A DNA stretch of 13,652 bases, taken from contig JBDGSL010000069.1 in assembly GCA_042217555.1 (NCBI GenBank), positions 1-13,652 of the forward strand, read 5' to 3'. The notes under the pieces were generated by a model. It did no database searches. It was not told the DNA's origin and saw nothing but the letters and a program-made list of their open reading frames with translations. Numbering within the stretch: position 1 is the first letter of the stretch; each line of letters begins with the position of its first letter. Shown here one piece after another: positions 1 through 7,085 of this stretch. This stretch comes from Candidatus Nanohalobium sp. GTDB lineage: Archaea > Nanohalarchaeota > Nanosalinia > Nanosalinales > Nanosalinaceae. The translations under genes and the position numbers were made by a program.

Positions 1-1
1 C

Positions 2-583
2 GTTACTGTTGATGTTATCGTTAGGGCGACGGATAGCCAGAAAGATGAGATCAACAGCAGTGTTCAGAAATGGGTTGAGAGAAAGAAGTCGCTGGAGAAG
101 AATGTTTCCCGGATCGGCACCTTGGAGATGAGTAACGAGAACATCACAGACTTCACGCAGGCAGTTTCGAAGATGCAGCAGGCTGTTGAAAACGGAGAAT
201 ACTACAGAGCGAAGTCTTACCTTGAAAACATTGATTCAAAGTTCAGTCAGGCCTCAAATGTTTACTCCGAGAGGCTTGAAGTTCACAGGAACAAGCAGCA
301 GGGATTGATGCTGTTACTGGCCTTGTTCGGCGTCCTGGTTATCGGGGGCGGTGCCGGAGGCTACATGTTTTACAGCAGGGAAGGTATGAGTATCGAGGTG
401 CCTGAACCGGTTCAGGAGAAGTTACCGGAGGATCTACCAAGTAAAATGCCGGATGAGCTTCCGGAGGTTCTCGGCAGTCTACCTGATGCTTCGGAGCTGA
501 AGGACAAGGCTAGAAAGCTTGTTAACGAGGCTGAGGATGAGGTTGAGGAGGAGACCGGTTACAGTTTTGAAGGTTTCAGCTAG
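2..583 (+). CDS. Hypothetical membrane-anchored protein, 5'-truncated by the window edge
   Basis: Frame is open from position 2 (VTVDVIVRATDSQKDEINSSVQKW...) through the listed 122..583 ORF to TAG. It has a helical region, one TM segment (GLMLLLALFGVLVIGGGAGGYMFY) and a Pro/acidic tail. Confidence 0.85.
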   Translation, partial: VTVDVIVRATDSQKDEINSSVQKWVERKKSLEKNVSRIGTLEMSNENITDFTQAVSKMQQAVENGEYYRAKSYLENIDSKFSQASNVYSERLEVHRNKQQGLMLLLALFGVLVIGGGAGGYMFYSREGMSIEVPEPVQEKLPEDLPSKMPDELPEVLGSLPDASELKDKARKLVNEAEDEVEEETGYSFEGFS

Positions 584-924
584 ATTATCCTTTCCGCGTC
601 AGAGAAGGCTTCCTTCATCATCCCCTTGTCTCTTACTGTTGTGACCAGTTGCTGAAGTTCCTGGACGTATTTTTCTTCCTTCGCTGCCTGCTGAGCCATG
701 TCGTTGAGAAGTATACCTGTCTGCGGGTCTTCCTGCAGCCGGCTAACGATAGACTGATCTGCTCTTTTACTGTTGAGGTACTGTGAGACAGCGGGCTGTG
801 TCACGTCAAGTATATCTGCTATCTCTTCCTGGTTAAATCCGTAATCGTCCTTCAGCTTCCCTGCCAGTATGCTTCTGACAGCGGGGAGAAGTTCCTCGGC
901 CACTACCTCTGACTCAAACCTCAT
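580..924 (-). CDS. Archaeal XRE-type HTH transcriptional regulator (COG2522-like)
   Basis: The sequence EVVAEELLPAVRSILAGKLKDDYGFNQEEIADILDVTQPAVSQYL matches the LPAxR...Q.EIA..L.VTQ.AVSQYL pattern of this archaeal family. Confidence 0.85.
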   Translation of the reverse strand: MRFESEVVAEELLPAVRSILAGKLKDDYGFNQEEIADILDVTQPAVSQYLNSKRADQSIVSRLQEDPQTGILLNDMAQQAAKEEKYVQELQQLVTTVRDKGMMKEAFSDAERII

Positions 925-978
925 AGATTATAACGGTGTGATAAAAATCTTTAACCGTTGCCATCCCGGGTTTGAACA
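925..978. promoter_or_regulatory. Divergent promoter region with inverted repeat AACGGT-N16-ACCGTT
   Basis: 54-bp gap between divergent ATGs. The AT-rich core ATAAAAATCTTTAA is flanked by AACGGT (932-937) and ACCGTT (954-959). Confidence 0.5.
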
Positions 979-1263
979 ATGGCAGATCCGGGAAGTGATG
1001 AGATCAGGGAATGCAGCAGTATACTGGACAGAAGGGATGACTCACGGTCTTACATTGAGGGAAACATGGAGGAGTTCCTGGACCGGTACGGGGATAGGGA
1101 AGCAGTGGCCGTGACGACGGATGAAGGTGTTAGAGAGATTGCTGCCGTGTACGGCCCTGATTCGGAAAGCAATCAGTGGCAGGCTCTTTCAATGATCAGA
1201 GAGTTCTACAGCGAGGAGACGTACCTCAGTTCTGTTGTGAGAGAGCTGGAAGAGAGAAAATAG
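979..1263 (+). CDS. Small acidic hypothetical protein (94 aa)
   Basis: ATG-started ORF with acidic composition like its neighbours. It fills the gap between flanking genes and is followed by an A-rich spacer. Confidence 0.7.
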   Translation: MADPGSDEIRECSSILDRRDDSRSYIEGNMEEFLDRYGDREAVAVTTDEGVREIAAVYGPDSESNQWQALSMIREFYSEETYLSSVVRELEERK

Positions 1264-1289
1264 CAGAAAAAAGAGAGATTAACGGGTTT

Positions 1290-1631
1290 TTAATGGTCTG
1301 CTTGCTGTACGTCACGTGAAAGCTTTTCTACATCCGCGCTTAAAGCTTCGAGTTTCCGGGCAACTCTCTCCTTTTCCTTGATGATGTTTTCCACTTTTTC
1401 GTATTTGCGTGCGGCCTGATCGAGGTGGTGTTTTTCGACGTATGCTGCGTCTGTTTCCATCATGTTGTCGATGATTTCCTCTGCGATCTCACCTAGAAGA
1501 AGGTTTAATCCGTAGTATACGTTGCTTCTTACGTACTGTCCTTCTGAGGCTTTGTCTCTTATCATCCTTTTGATTCTTGCGTGTGTGAATGGAAGGTCTT
1601 CTACTTCAGTATTGTTTGGGACTTCTACCAT
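1290..1631 (-). CDS. Histone-fold protein with C-terminal coiled coil (coiled-coil histone type)
   Basis: LPFTHARIKRMIR resembles the archaeal histone alpha1 motif (LP.A.I.R). It is followed by loop YVRS, a long alpha2 (VYYGLNLLLGEIAEEIIDNM), YVEKHHLDQAA (equivalent to TV...D...A) and about 35 aa of heptad-like helix. Confidence 0.8.
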   Translation of the reverse strand: MVEVPNNTEVEDLPFTHARIKRMIRDKASEGQYVRSNVYYGLNLLLGEIAEEIIDNMMETDAAYVEKHHLDQAARKYEKVENIIKEKERVARKLEALSADVEKLSRDVQQADH

Positions 1632-1706
1632 GTTATCACAACTTAGAATCCGGTTTAGAAGCTTTTAATGTTTCCGTAATCTATAAACCTGTTCAGTTAC
1701 AGGTAA

Positions 1707-1940
1707 ATGTTTATGGTTGACTGGCAGGCTGTTGATCTCGGTTTAAGTATACTGGTTAAAACCGTGTTTCTCGTGGTCTTTGTGGTTTCTCTGTACGTTT
1801 TGAAGCGTCTGGATGAGATGGCTCGGTCGGCTGAGAGATCTGCGGAGTCGATAGAGAGAACTGCTGAGGACATCGGACGTTTCATGTCGTTGATGAGGGT
1901 TTTGCCTTTCATTGGACCTGAGCGTGATAGGGATGAATGA
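1707..1940 (+). CDS. Small single-pass membrane protein with short coiled coil
   Basis: TM segment LGLSILVKTVFLVVFVVSLYVL is followed by a heptad-like SAERSAESIERTAEDI. An SD-like AGGT lies at 1701-1704. An alternative ATG is at 1713. Confidence 0.75.
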   Translation: MFMVDWQAVDLGLSILVKTVFLVVFVVSLYVLKRLDEMARSAERSAESIERTAEDIGRFMSLMRVLPFIGPERDRDE

Positions 1941-2160
1941 CCTGCTTGAGGCTGCTCAGGGCCGAGAGGATGACTCTTCCGGTGACCGGTACGAGAAGTT
2001 GAAGAAGGAGGAGGCGGGTACTGATGAGAAGGACCCGGCCAGGGAGAGGTATGACGAGTTGAAGGAGAAGGCCAAGAAAGAGTATGAGGAACAGGAGAGG
2101 AGGAAGGAAGAAGAAACTGATGATGAAGAGGACGAGGAACCTGGTTTCGTAACTTATTAA
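1933..2160 (+). CDS. Small highly charged hypothetical protein (75 aa)
   Basis: ATG at 1933 overlaps the upstream stop (ATGAATGA), typical of translational coupling, so it is preferred over the TTG at 1912. It has an internal repeat DRYEKLKKE/ERYDELKEK. Confidence 0.7.
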   Translation: MNDLLEAAQGREDDSSGDRYEKLKKEEAGTDEKDPARERYDELKEKAKKEYEEQERRKEEETDDEEDEEPGFVTY

Positions 2161-2187
2161 ACTTTTTTACAAGTTTTAATTCCCTGT

Positions 2188-3681
2188 ATGGATTTTGAGA
2201 GAGTTCCTAAGATAACGAAGTATATGGCACTGACGTCCTCTCCGCCCTGAAGGACGGAGGTTCCCAATAATGGAAACAACCATCCAAACACAACGGACTT
2301 CGGAACATCCGAAGCTTCAGAGGTTTACACTCCCCCTACCACACGCTTTGATATACAGGGAACATGCTTCCAACAAGGATTGTTCAAGACACCGCCAGCA
2401 GTGCCCCAGTACTACCAGCACCACCACATATTCAATGCGGCAGGAGTATAGCCCGGTCCCCAATCAATACAGATATCGGTTTAAACACTTAAAAACAGAC
2501 AGGGCGATTCCTCTCCGAGCTAAAACACGGAACCTCCTCACCCCAAACAGGTGAAAATGCTTTTTGCCTGGTTTGGCAGAAACACTGTATGGAACTTTCT
2601 ACCGGTTTTCTTCAAGAATAACATGGATTCCGTGTTTCTTGTAGGTGTCCTGACTTCGGTTCCGAGCTTTGTCACGATTTTGTTGGATATACCTGTAGGG
2701 AACCTGGTTCAGAGGGCTGGTGAGAAAGTTGTGATCTACATGGGTTTTATCTCTGCTCTTTTCCCTCCACTGTTATTTTACGCAGGTATCGTTCCAATGT
2801 TCTTCCTGGGAAAGTTTATGGAGGGGGTTGGCAAGGCGTTCATCTGGAACGGTGGCTGGAGCCTGATCTTGAAGAGCTCTGACAGTGATGTTGAGTCTGA
2901 AAATGTTTCAGTCTTCCTGCTGGGTGTTAATCTCTCTGTAATCATCGGCCCGATTATCGGAGGGTTTCTCTTGGCAGGTTACGGTTTTAACCTGCTTTTT
3001 ACTATCTGGGCTGGTACCTGGCTATTATCGATAGCATTGTACTATGCGTATATCGGTACTGAGAGAGGGGATGAGGGCCTGAAAGAAGGTCTGGATCACC
3101 TGGAGAGAAGAAGGACCTACATGGATGACTGGCATCACTTGAAGGATCACTGGATTGATCTGAGGAAGGTTCTCTCACTTACATTCCTGTACTCGATCAT
3201 CTTCTCGTTTTACTGGGTGGCGATACCTCTTATCCTTAACCAGATGAAGGCAGATTACACGATGATGGGCCTGGTATTCGGGGTAGCGGCTCTTCCAAAG
3301 GCCTTCCAGTTCGTGTTCGGAGACATGGCTGACAAGTATGGTGAGGAGAGAATCATAGCAGCTATGTCTTTCCTTCTTATCCCGACACTGTTTTCGATGT
3401 CTTTAACTGAAAGTAAACTTTTGATCGGAGGCCTCTTCTTTATGGCACAGCTCTTTACCTCGGGTATTGTCCCTGCAGTACACTCCAAGTTTGACTCTGC
3501 GATCCCGGATGATATAGAGGGCGAGATGACAGGTTTCAATGAACTGGCGAAGCACAGTGGGCAGACGATTGGGCCTGTTCTTGCCGGCACACTTGCCTCG
3601 ATCTGGAGTATCAAAGCCTCTTTTATGGCTGCAGCAGGTGTGACTGCTTTAATCCTGATAACCACATTAGTTGATTTTTGA
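2188..3681 (+). CDS. MFS transporter interrupted after codon 14 by a 321-bp element (join 2188..2229, 2551..3681; 390 aa restored)
   Basis: About 12 hydrophobic segments with MFS motif-A-like loops (GNLVQRAGEK, GDMADKYGEER) and IGPIIGG/IGPVLAG. The upstream ATG at 2188 gives MDFERVPKITKYMA in the same frame as VKMLFAWFGRN. With the element present, reading from 2188 stops at TGA 2248. The gene is either disrupted or expressed from GTG 2551 / ATG 2557. Confidence 0.9.
2230..2465 (-). ncRNA. Putative structured RNA (TnpB omega-RNA/reRNA-like) inside the element
   Basis: Several stems pair well only on the minus strand because they use G-U pairs (2394-2419; 2456-2461 with 2358-2363; 2439-2446 with 2333-2340). 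There is a perfect hairpin at 2298-2314, TATA-like boxes upstream, and the region ends at the IS right end. Folding was by eye and boundaries are approximate. Confidence 0.6.
2480..2495 (-). promoter_or_regulatory. TATA-like promoter inside the element
   Basis: Minus-strand TTTTTAAG (2488-2495) and TTTAAA (2480-2485) lie about 20-30 nt upstream of the first stem. The same motifs precede genes at 6303, 7654 and 12164. Confidence 0.5.
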
Positions 3682-4410
3682 CAGTTCCGGAAAGTCAAAC
3701 AGGCCTGCCTCACGTGATACGGCCAGGGCCTTCATTGAATTTTTATCTATGAACTCGCGCAGGATAGGTGAGAGAAGCTCGCTTGAAGGCATGTTGTTCA
3801 CACCGGATCCGTTTGAGATAGTGGAGAAAGCCGGCATCACTATCAGAGCCTTTCCGTTGTCGTTCCTGCCGTACAGGAAGCAGTCTACTTTTTCCTTCAC
3901 TCCTACATCGTCTTTTAACTCCAGAGCAGGATGTTCATGGCCTATAACCACTGTCTCAAAGTCTTCATCGACTTCAAGGTCTTCCAGTGAGATATGGCCG
4001 TGGGTGAAGAGAACTTTGTCTTCCAGAAAGTATTTCTTCAGCTCGTATCCTTTCTCTTCGATAATTGATTCTATAAATGTATCGTGGTTGCCTTCTATAA
4101 GGATCAGTTCCTCGAAAAGATCTTCCGCCTCCTCTATGAACTCTTCTATCTCCTCTTTCTCCGAGTACAGACTGGTTTTGAACTCGTTTTTCAGATCGCC
4201 GTTGACAAGCAACCTTGTTGCGTCAGTCCGTTTCTCCAGTTCATGTAGATCTTCCAGTAGTTCATCAAGCTGGAACTCTGGCACGTAACTTCCTTTCGAT
4301 GTCATTCCTCCTTCTAGGCCTAGGTGAAGGTCCGATAGTACGAGAAGGTTCATTCCGGAGTGGTACAGCGCCGGTTTTCTGTCAACAGTTTCAAACCCGT
4401 AGATTTTCAC
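3667..4410 (-). CDS. Calcineurin-like metallophosphoesterase (SbcD/Mre11-related, COG1407-like)
   Basis: Motifs SDLHLG, NGDLK, GNHD, THGH, GHEHP and MPAFS. GTG at 4410 (VKIYGFETV) is preferred because the listed 4458 start overlaps the DUF58 gene; the start is uncertain. Confidence 0.9.
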   Translation of the reverse strand: MKIYGFETVDRKPALYHSGMNLLVLSDLHLGLEGGMTSKGSYVPEFQLDELLEDLHELEKRTDATRLLVNGDLKNEFKTSLYSEKEEIEEFIEEAEDLFEELILIEGNHDTFIESIIEEKGYELKKYFLEDKVLFTHGHISLEDLEVDEDFETVVIGHEHPALELKDDVGVKEKVDCFLYGRNDNGKALIVMPAFSTISNGSGVNNMPSSELLSPILREFIDKNSMKALAVSREAGLFDFPELSKIN

Positions 4411-4436
4411 AGGGGTTAAGAAGAACTCTATCTTTT

Positions 4437-5294
4437 TTACCTGTTGATCTCCTGCCATACCTGGAAGAAAGACTGGAAGAACTCCTCTCCTGTGGATATA
4501 CGTGTGTATTTTGCGTTGTTCTTTGCTGCTGTCTCTTCAAGTTTTCTTGTGTGCTGTGTCAACCTGTCTTTGTACCTGTTCTTAACTTTTTTCGACAGGT
4601 ATGTCCTGATACTGGAGCTTGATTCCGGGTCTTCAAGTATCTTGTCTCCTTCCATCTCTGGAGATATTTCCTGCTGTGAAAGAGTGTTTACAAGCAGTAC
4701 GTCGCATTCCTGAAGGTTTTTCACTGCATCTTCTACCTTCTTCACGTCTACCAGGAAGTCAGATAGTATGACTACCACCGACTTGTTTTTTATTCTTGAG
4801 GAGTATTCTGTAAGGCATTCTGCTACCTGGCTTTCAGGTGTTTTCCTCAGTTCGTTCAGGGTTTCAACCAGCTGTGTAAGGTTGCCGTGTCTGCGGGCTG
4901 ATGTAAGATCTGTAAGTGTCTCTGAGAAGACAGAGTACCGGAATCTGTCGTTGGTCTTGTTGGCCATGTATGCAAGTGCCAGGCCGAGTTTTGCAGCGTA
5001 CTCGTATTTGTTGACTTCTCCATAGTCCATGGAGCTGCTTCTGTCAACTACGACGTGAACTGTGACGTTTTTTTCCTCCTGAAATCTCTTGATGAAGTAT
5101 TCGCCTGTACGTGCGTAGGCCTTCCAGTCCATCTTTCTGATGTCGTCGCCTGGAACGTACTCCTTGTGATCCTTGAATATCATTCCCTGACCGGAATAAT
5201 CTGATTTCTGTTCTCCTTGCCGTATCTCAGCCGAGTTCTTCTTCAGCGCCCGGTGAAACCGATCTAATTCATCCAGGAAATCTATCTCTATCAC
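4437..5294 (-). CDS. DUF58 domain protein (vWA-like MoxR partner)
   Basis: GQGMIFKDHKEYVPGDDIRKMDWKAYART, VDRSSSMDYG and VVILSDFL are DUF58 signatures. It lies directly downstream of MoxR. Confidence 0.93.
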   Translation of the reverse strand: MIEIDFLDELDRFHRALKKNSAEIRQGEQKSDYSGQGMIFKDHKEYVPGDDIRKMDWKAYARTGEYFIKRFQEEKNVTVHVVVDRSSSMDYGEVNKYEYAAKLGLALAYMANKTNDRFRYSVFSETLTDLTSARRHGNLTQLVETLNELRKTPESQVAECLTEYSSRIKNKSVVVILSDFLVDVKKVEDAVKNLQECDVLLVNTLSQQEISPEMEGDKILEDPESSSSIRTYLSKKVKNRYKDRLTQHTRKLEETAAKNNAKYTRISTGEEFFQSFFQVWQEINR

Positions 5295-5337
5295 TGATTT
5301 ACACCTTTCTGAGTTATTCTGAACAGTTTTTCTCTCT

Positions 5338-6303
5338 TCATTGTTCCTCTACAATCTGTTCAACTACTTTGTCCTCTGTCAGGCCTTCCTTCTCTGCCTT
5401 GAAGCTGATTCCTATCCTGTGTCTGAGTACGGGTTTTGCCATGGCGTCGATATCACTTTCGGAAACATGGTTTCTTCCCTCTATCAATGCTCTTCCCTTC
5501 GCTGCCAGTACAAGGTTGATCGAGGCACGTGGAGAAGCACCGTAATCCAGTTCATCATTGCTGCGGGTGGCGGAGACTATCCTCACTGCTTTCTCCCTTA
5601 TGTCATCGGCTACAGGCACCTTTCTCGTGAACTCCTGCAGCTTGATCAGGGAGGAGCGGGAAAGCACTTTTTCCAGTTCCGGACTGTAATCCAGTTCCGA
5701 TGTGAAACGGTCGACAATACGGTTCTCATCTTCCATGTCCGGGTAATCCAGTTCTATCTTCATCATGAAACGATCTCTCTGCGCTTCCGGCAACGGGTAC
5801 GTTCCCTCCTGTTCGATAGGGTTCTGGGTTGCCATCAGGAAGAAAGGATCATCCAGGCTGTAGGAGTTGTTTCCGACAGTCACCTGTTTCTCCTGCATCG
5901 CCTCAAGAAGTGCGGACTGCGTCTTCGGTGTCGCCCTGTTTATCTCGTCAGCCAGAACCATGTTAGCGAAGATAGGGCCTTTCTGGAAAACGAAATCCGT
6001 TGTCTCACTGGACTCATCGATTATATGCGTACCTGTGATATCCGAAGGCATAAGATCCGGTGTACTCTGTATACGTGAGAATTCAAGGCCTAAAACCTTT
6101 GAGATCGTGGAAACCATCTTGGTCTTTCCCATGCCCGGGTTAGACTCAAGCAGTACGTTCCCATCACACAGTACGGATACCAGTACCTGTTCTATGACTT
6201 CTTCCTGTCCCACCATCACTTTCCGTACTTCCTCTTTGACCTTTGCCAGTTTCTCGTTCGCTTTCTCGTACTTTCCAACGTCATCCGTGCGTTTCAGCTT
6301 CAT
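5338..6303 (-). CDS. moxR: MoxR-family AAA+ ATPase
   Basis: Walker A ESNPGMGKT, RIQSTPDLMPSDITG, Walker B LADEINRATPKTQSALLEAMQE, ATQNPIEQEGTYPLPEAQRDRF, GASPRAS and VLRHRI. Confidence 0.96.
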   Translation of the reverse strand: MKLKRTDDVGKYEKANEKLAKVKEEVRKVMVGQEEVIEQVLVSVLCDGNVLLESNPGMGKTKMVSTISKVLGLEFSRIQSTPDLMPSDITGTHIIDESSETTDFVFQKGPIFANMVLADEINRATPKTQSALLEAMQEKQVTVGNNSYSLDDPFFLMATQNPIEQEGTYPLPEAQRDRFMMKIELDYPDMEDENRIVDRFTSELDYSPELEKVLSRSSLIKLQEFTRKVPVADDIREKAVRIVSATRSNDELDYGASPRASINLVLAAKGRALIEGRNHVSESDIDAMAKPVLRHRIGISFKAEKEGLTEDKVVEQIVEEQ

Positions 6304-6328
6304 ACCTAAAGACTGGTTTCTGAATGAA

Positions 6329-6334
6329 TTTAAA
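6329..6334 (-). promoter_or_regulatory. TATA box for moxR (near-leaderless transcript)
   Basis: TTTAAA 25 nt upstream of the ATG at 6303, preceded by purine-rich GAAAGGAAG (BRE-like). Confidence 0.55.
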
Positions 6335-6341
6335 CTTCCTT

Positions 6342-7085
6342 TCAGTCCATCTCACTGATCGCCAGGCTGTACCTCCGTGCAAGCCTGACATCTTCCGGCA
6401 TACCCGGGTCAGCAGCGTGGAAAGCGAACTCCCTTCCATCTACCGAACCAGTCTCCACAGAGCCCTGGCCTTCCGCGTTCCCGGTCACGTTGATCCTTAG
6501 ATCTGTTGAGACAGCGTCTATACTTCTTTTCTCACCGTATATCTCGGAAGCGTTTTTCAACACCTTCTTTTCATCTTCCAGCAACTGCTCAGGGTCTAAC
6601 TGTGAGAATATCTGCTGGCTTTCCTTCTGAACCTGGAAGTCAACTATACCGGAGAGCGCAGTCAGAAAGCTCAGGAAACCTATCACAAGTATCTTCTGAA
6701 TTATCTCAGTACTGGGAATGATGCTCTCAGAGGTCACAGTTCTAGCCCTATCCATCAAGTCATCAAACATTGCCTGGGAGACGATGTTCTGGTTATCAAG
6801 GTTATCCCTTGCAGTCCTCAGAATCTCCTGGAGCTGAGGATTCTCCTCCTCATATATCTCCAGACTGTACTTTCGCGACCTGTTCACCCAGTCCACCAAG
6901 AGAAAAACCAGGGTCAGACCTGTCAGAACACGGTAGTGAAGACTCTCAGAGACAAGCGTAAAGTTAAGAAGAAAAAGCAACAGGTTAACAGACAGGAAAA
7001 CCAGTAAAGAATCAAGAGCTGCCTGAATCAAATTAAACTTGATAAACTCTCTTCTCAACCGTTTAAGCAGTTTCTCAACCCTCAC
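6342..7085 (-). CDS. Hypothetical membrane protein (about 3 TM) of the MoxR/DUF58 locus
   Basis: GTG start overlaps the upstream gene. Hydrophobic segments LLVFLSVNLLLFLLNF, VLTGLTLVFLLVDWV and ILVIGFLSFLTALSGIV are present, with a conserved-looking EEENPQLQEILRTARDN. Confidence 0.8.
   Translation of the reverse strand: MRVEKLLKRLRREFIKFNLIQAALDSLLVFLSVNLLLFLLNFTLVSESLHYRVLTGLTLVFLLVDWVNRSRKYSLEIYEEENPQLQEILRTARDNLDNQNIVSQAMFDDLMDRARTVTSESIIPSTEIIQKILVIGFLSFLTALSGIVDFQVQKESQQIFSQLDPEQLLEDEKKVLKNASEIYGEKRSIDAVSTDLRINVTGNAEGQGSVETGSVDGREFAFHAADPGMPEDVRLARRYSLAISEMD

Larger units (their letters stand above)
2230..2550 (-). mobile_element. Non-autonomous IS200/IS605-family element (PATE/MITE-like), 321 bp
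   Basis: All read on the minus strand. Left end: target (T)TCAC outside the element (2551-2555), guide GAGG (2533-2536), imperfect hairpin TTCCGTGT-TTTA-GCTCGGAG (2513-2532). Right end: guide GAAC (2260-2263), hairpin CTCCGTCC-TTCA-GGGCGGAG (2240-2259), terminal TCAG (2230-2233). There is no target duplication and no transposase, and removal restores the host frame. Confidence 0.9.

Noticed and set aside
2230..2550. Element as a self-splicing intron (IStron) or BHB intron
   Set aside because: The structure is on the strand opposite the host mRNA. The 5' exon ends in A rather than the U needed for group I splicing, and no bulge-helix-bulge is evident at the junctions.
2270..2554. 94-aa + strand ORF (METTIQTQ...)
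   Set aside because: It lies within the IS-derived element, antisense to the structured RNA. It is basic rather than acidic and has no TnpA HUH/Y or TnpB RuvC/Zn-finger motifs.
4411..4458. Extended N-terminus of the phosphoesterase (MAGDQQ...)
   Set aside because: It overlaps the DUF58 3' end by 22 nt. GTG 4410 gives a more typical spacing to the DLH motif.
3255..6358. Long antisense ORFs (3255-3713, 3671-4288, 4215-4622, 5341-6078, 5867-6358)
   Set aside because: They overlap genes with clear family motifs on the other strand and have Ser/Phe-rich shadow composition.
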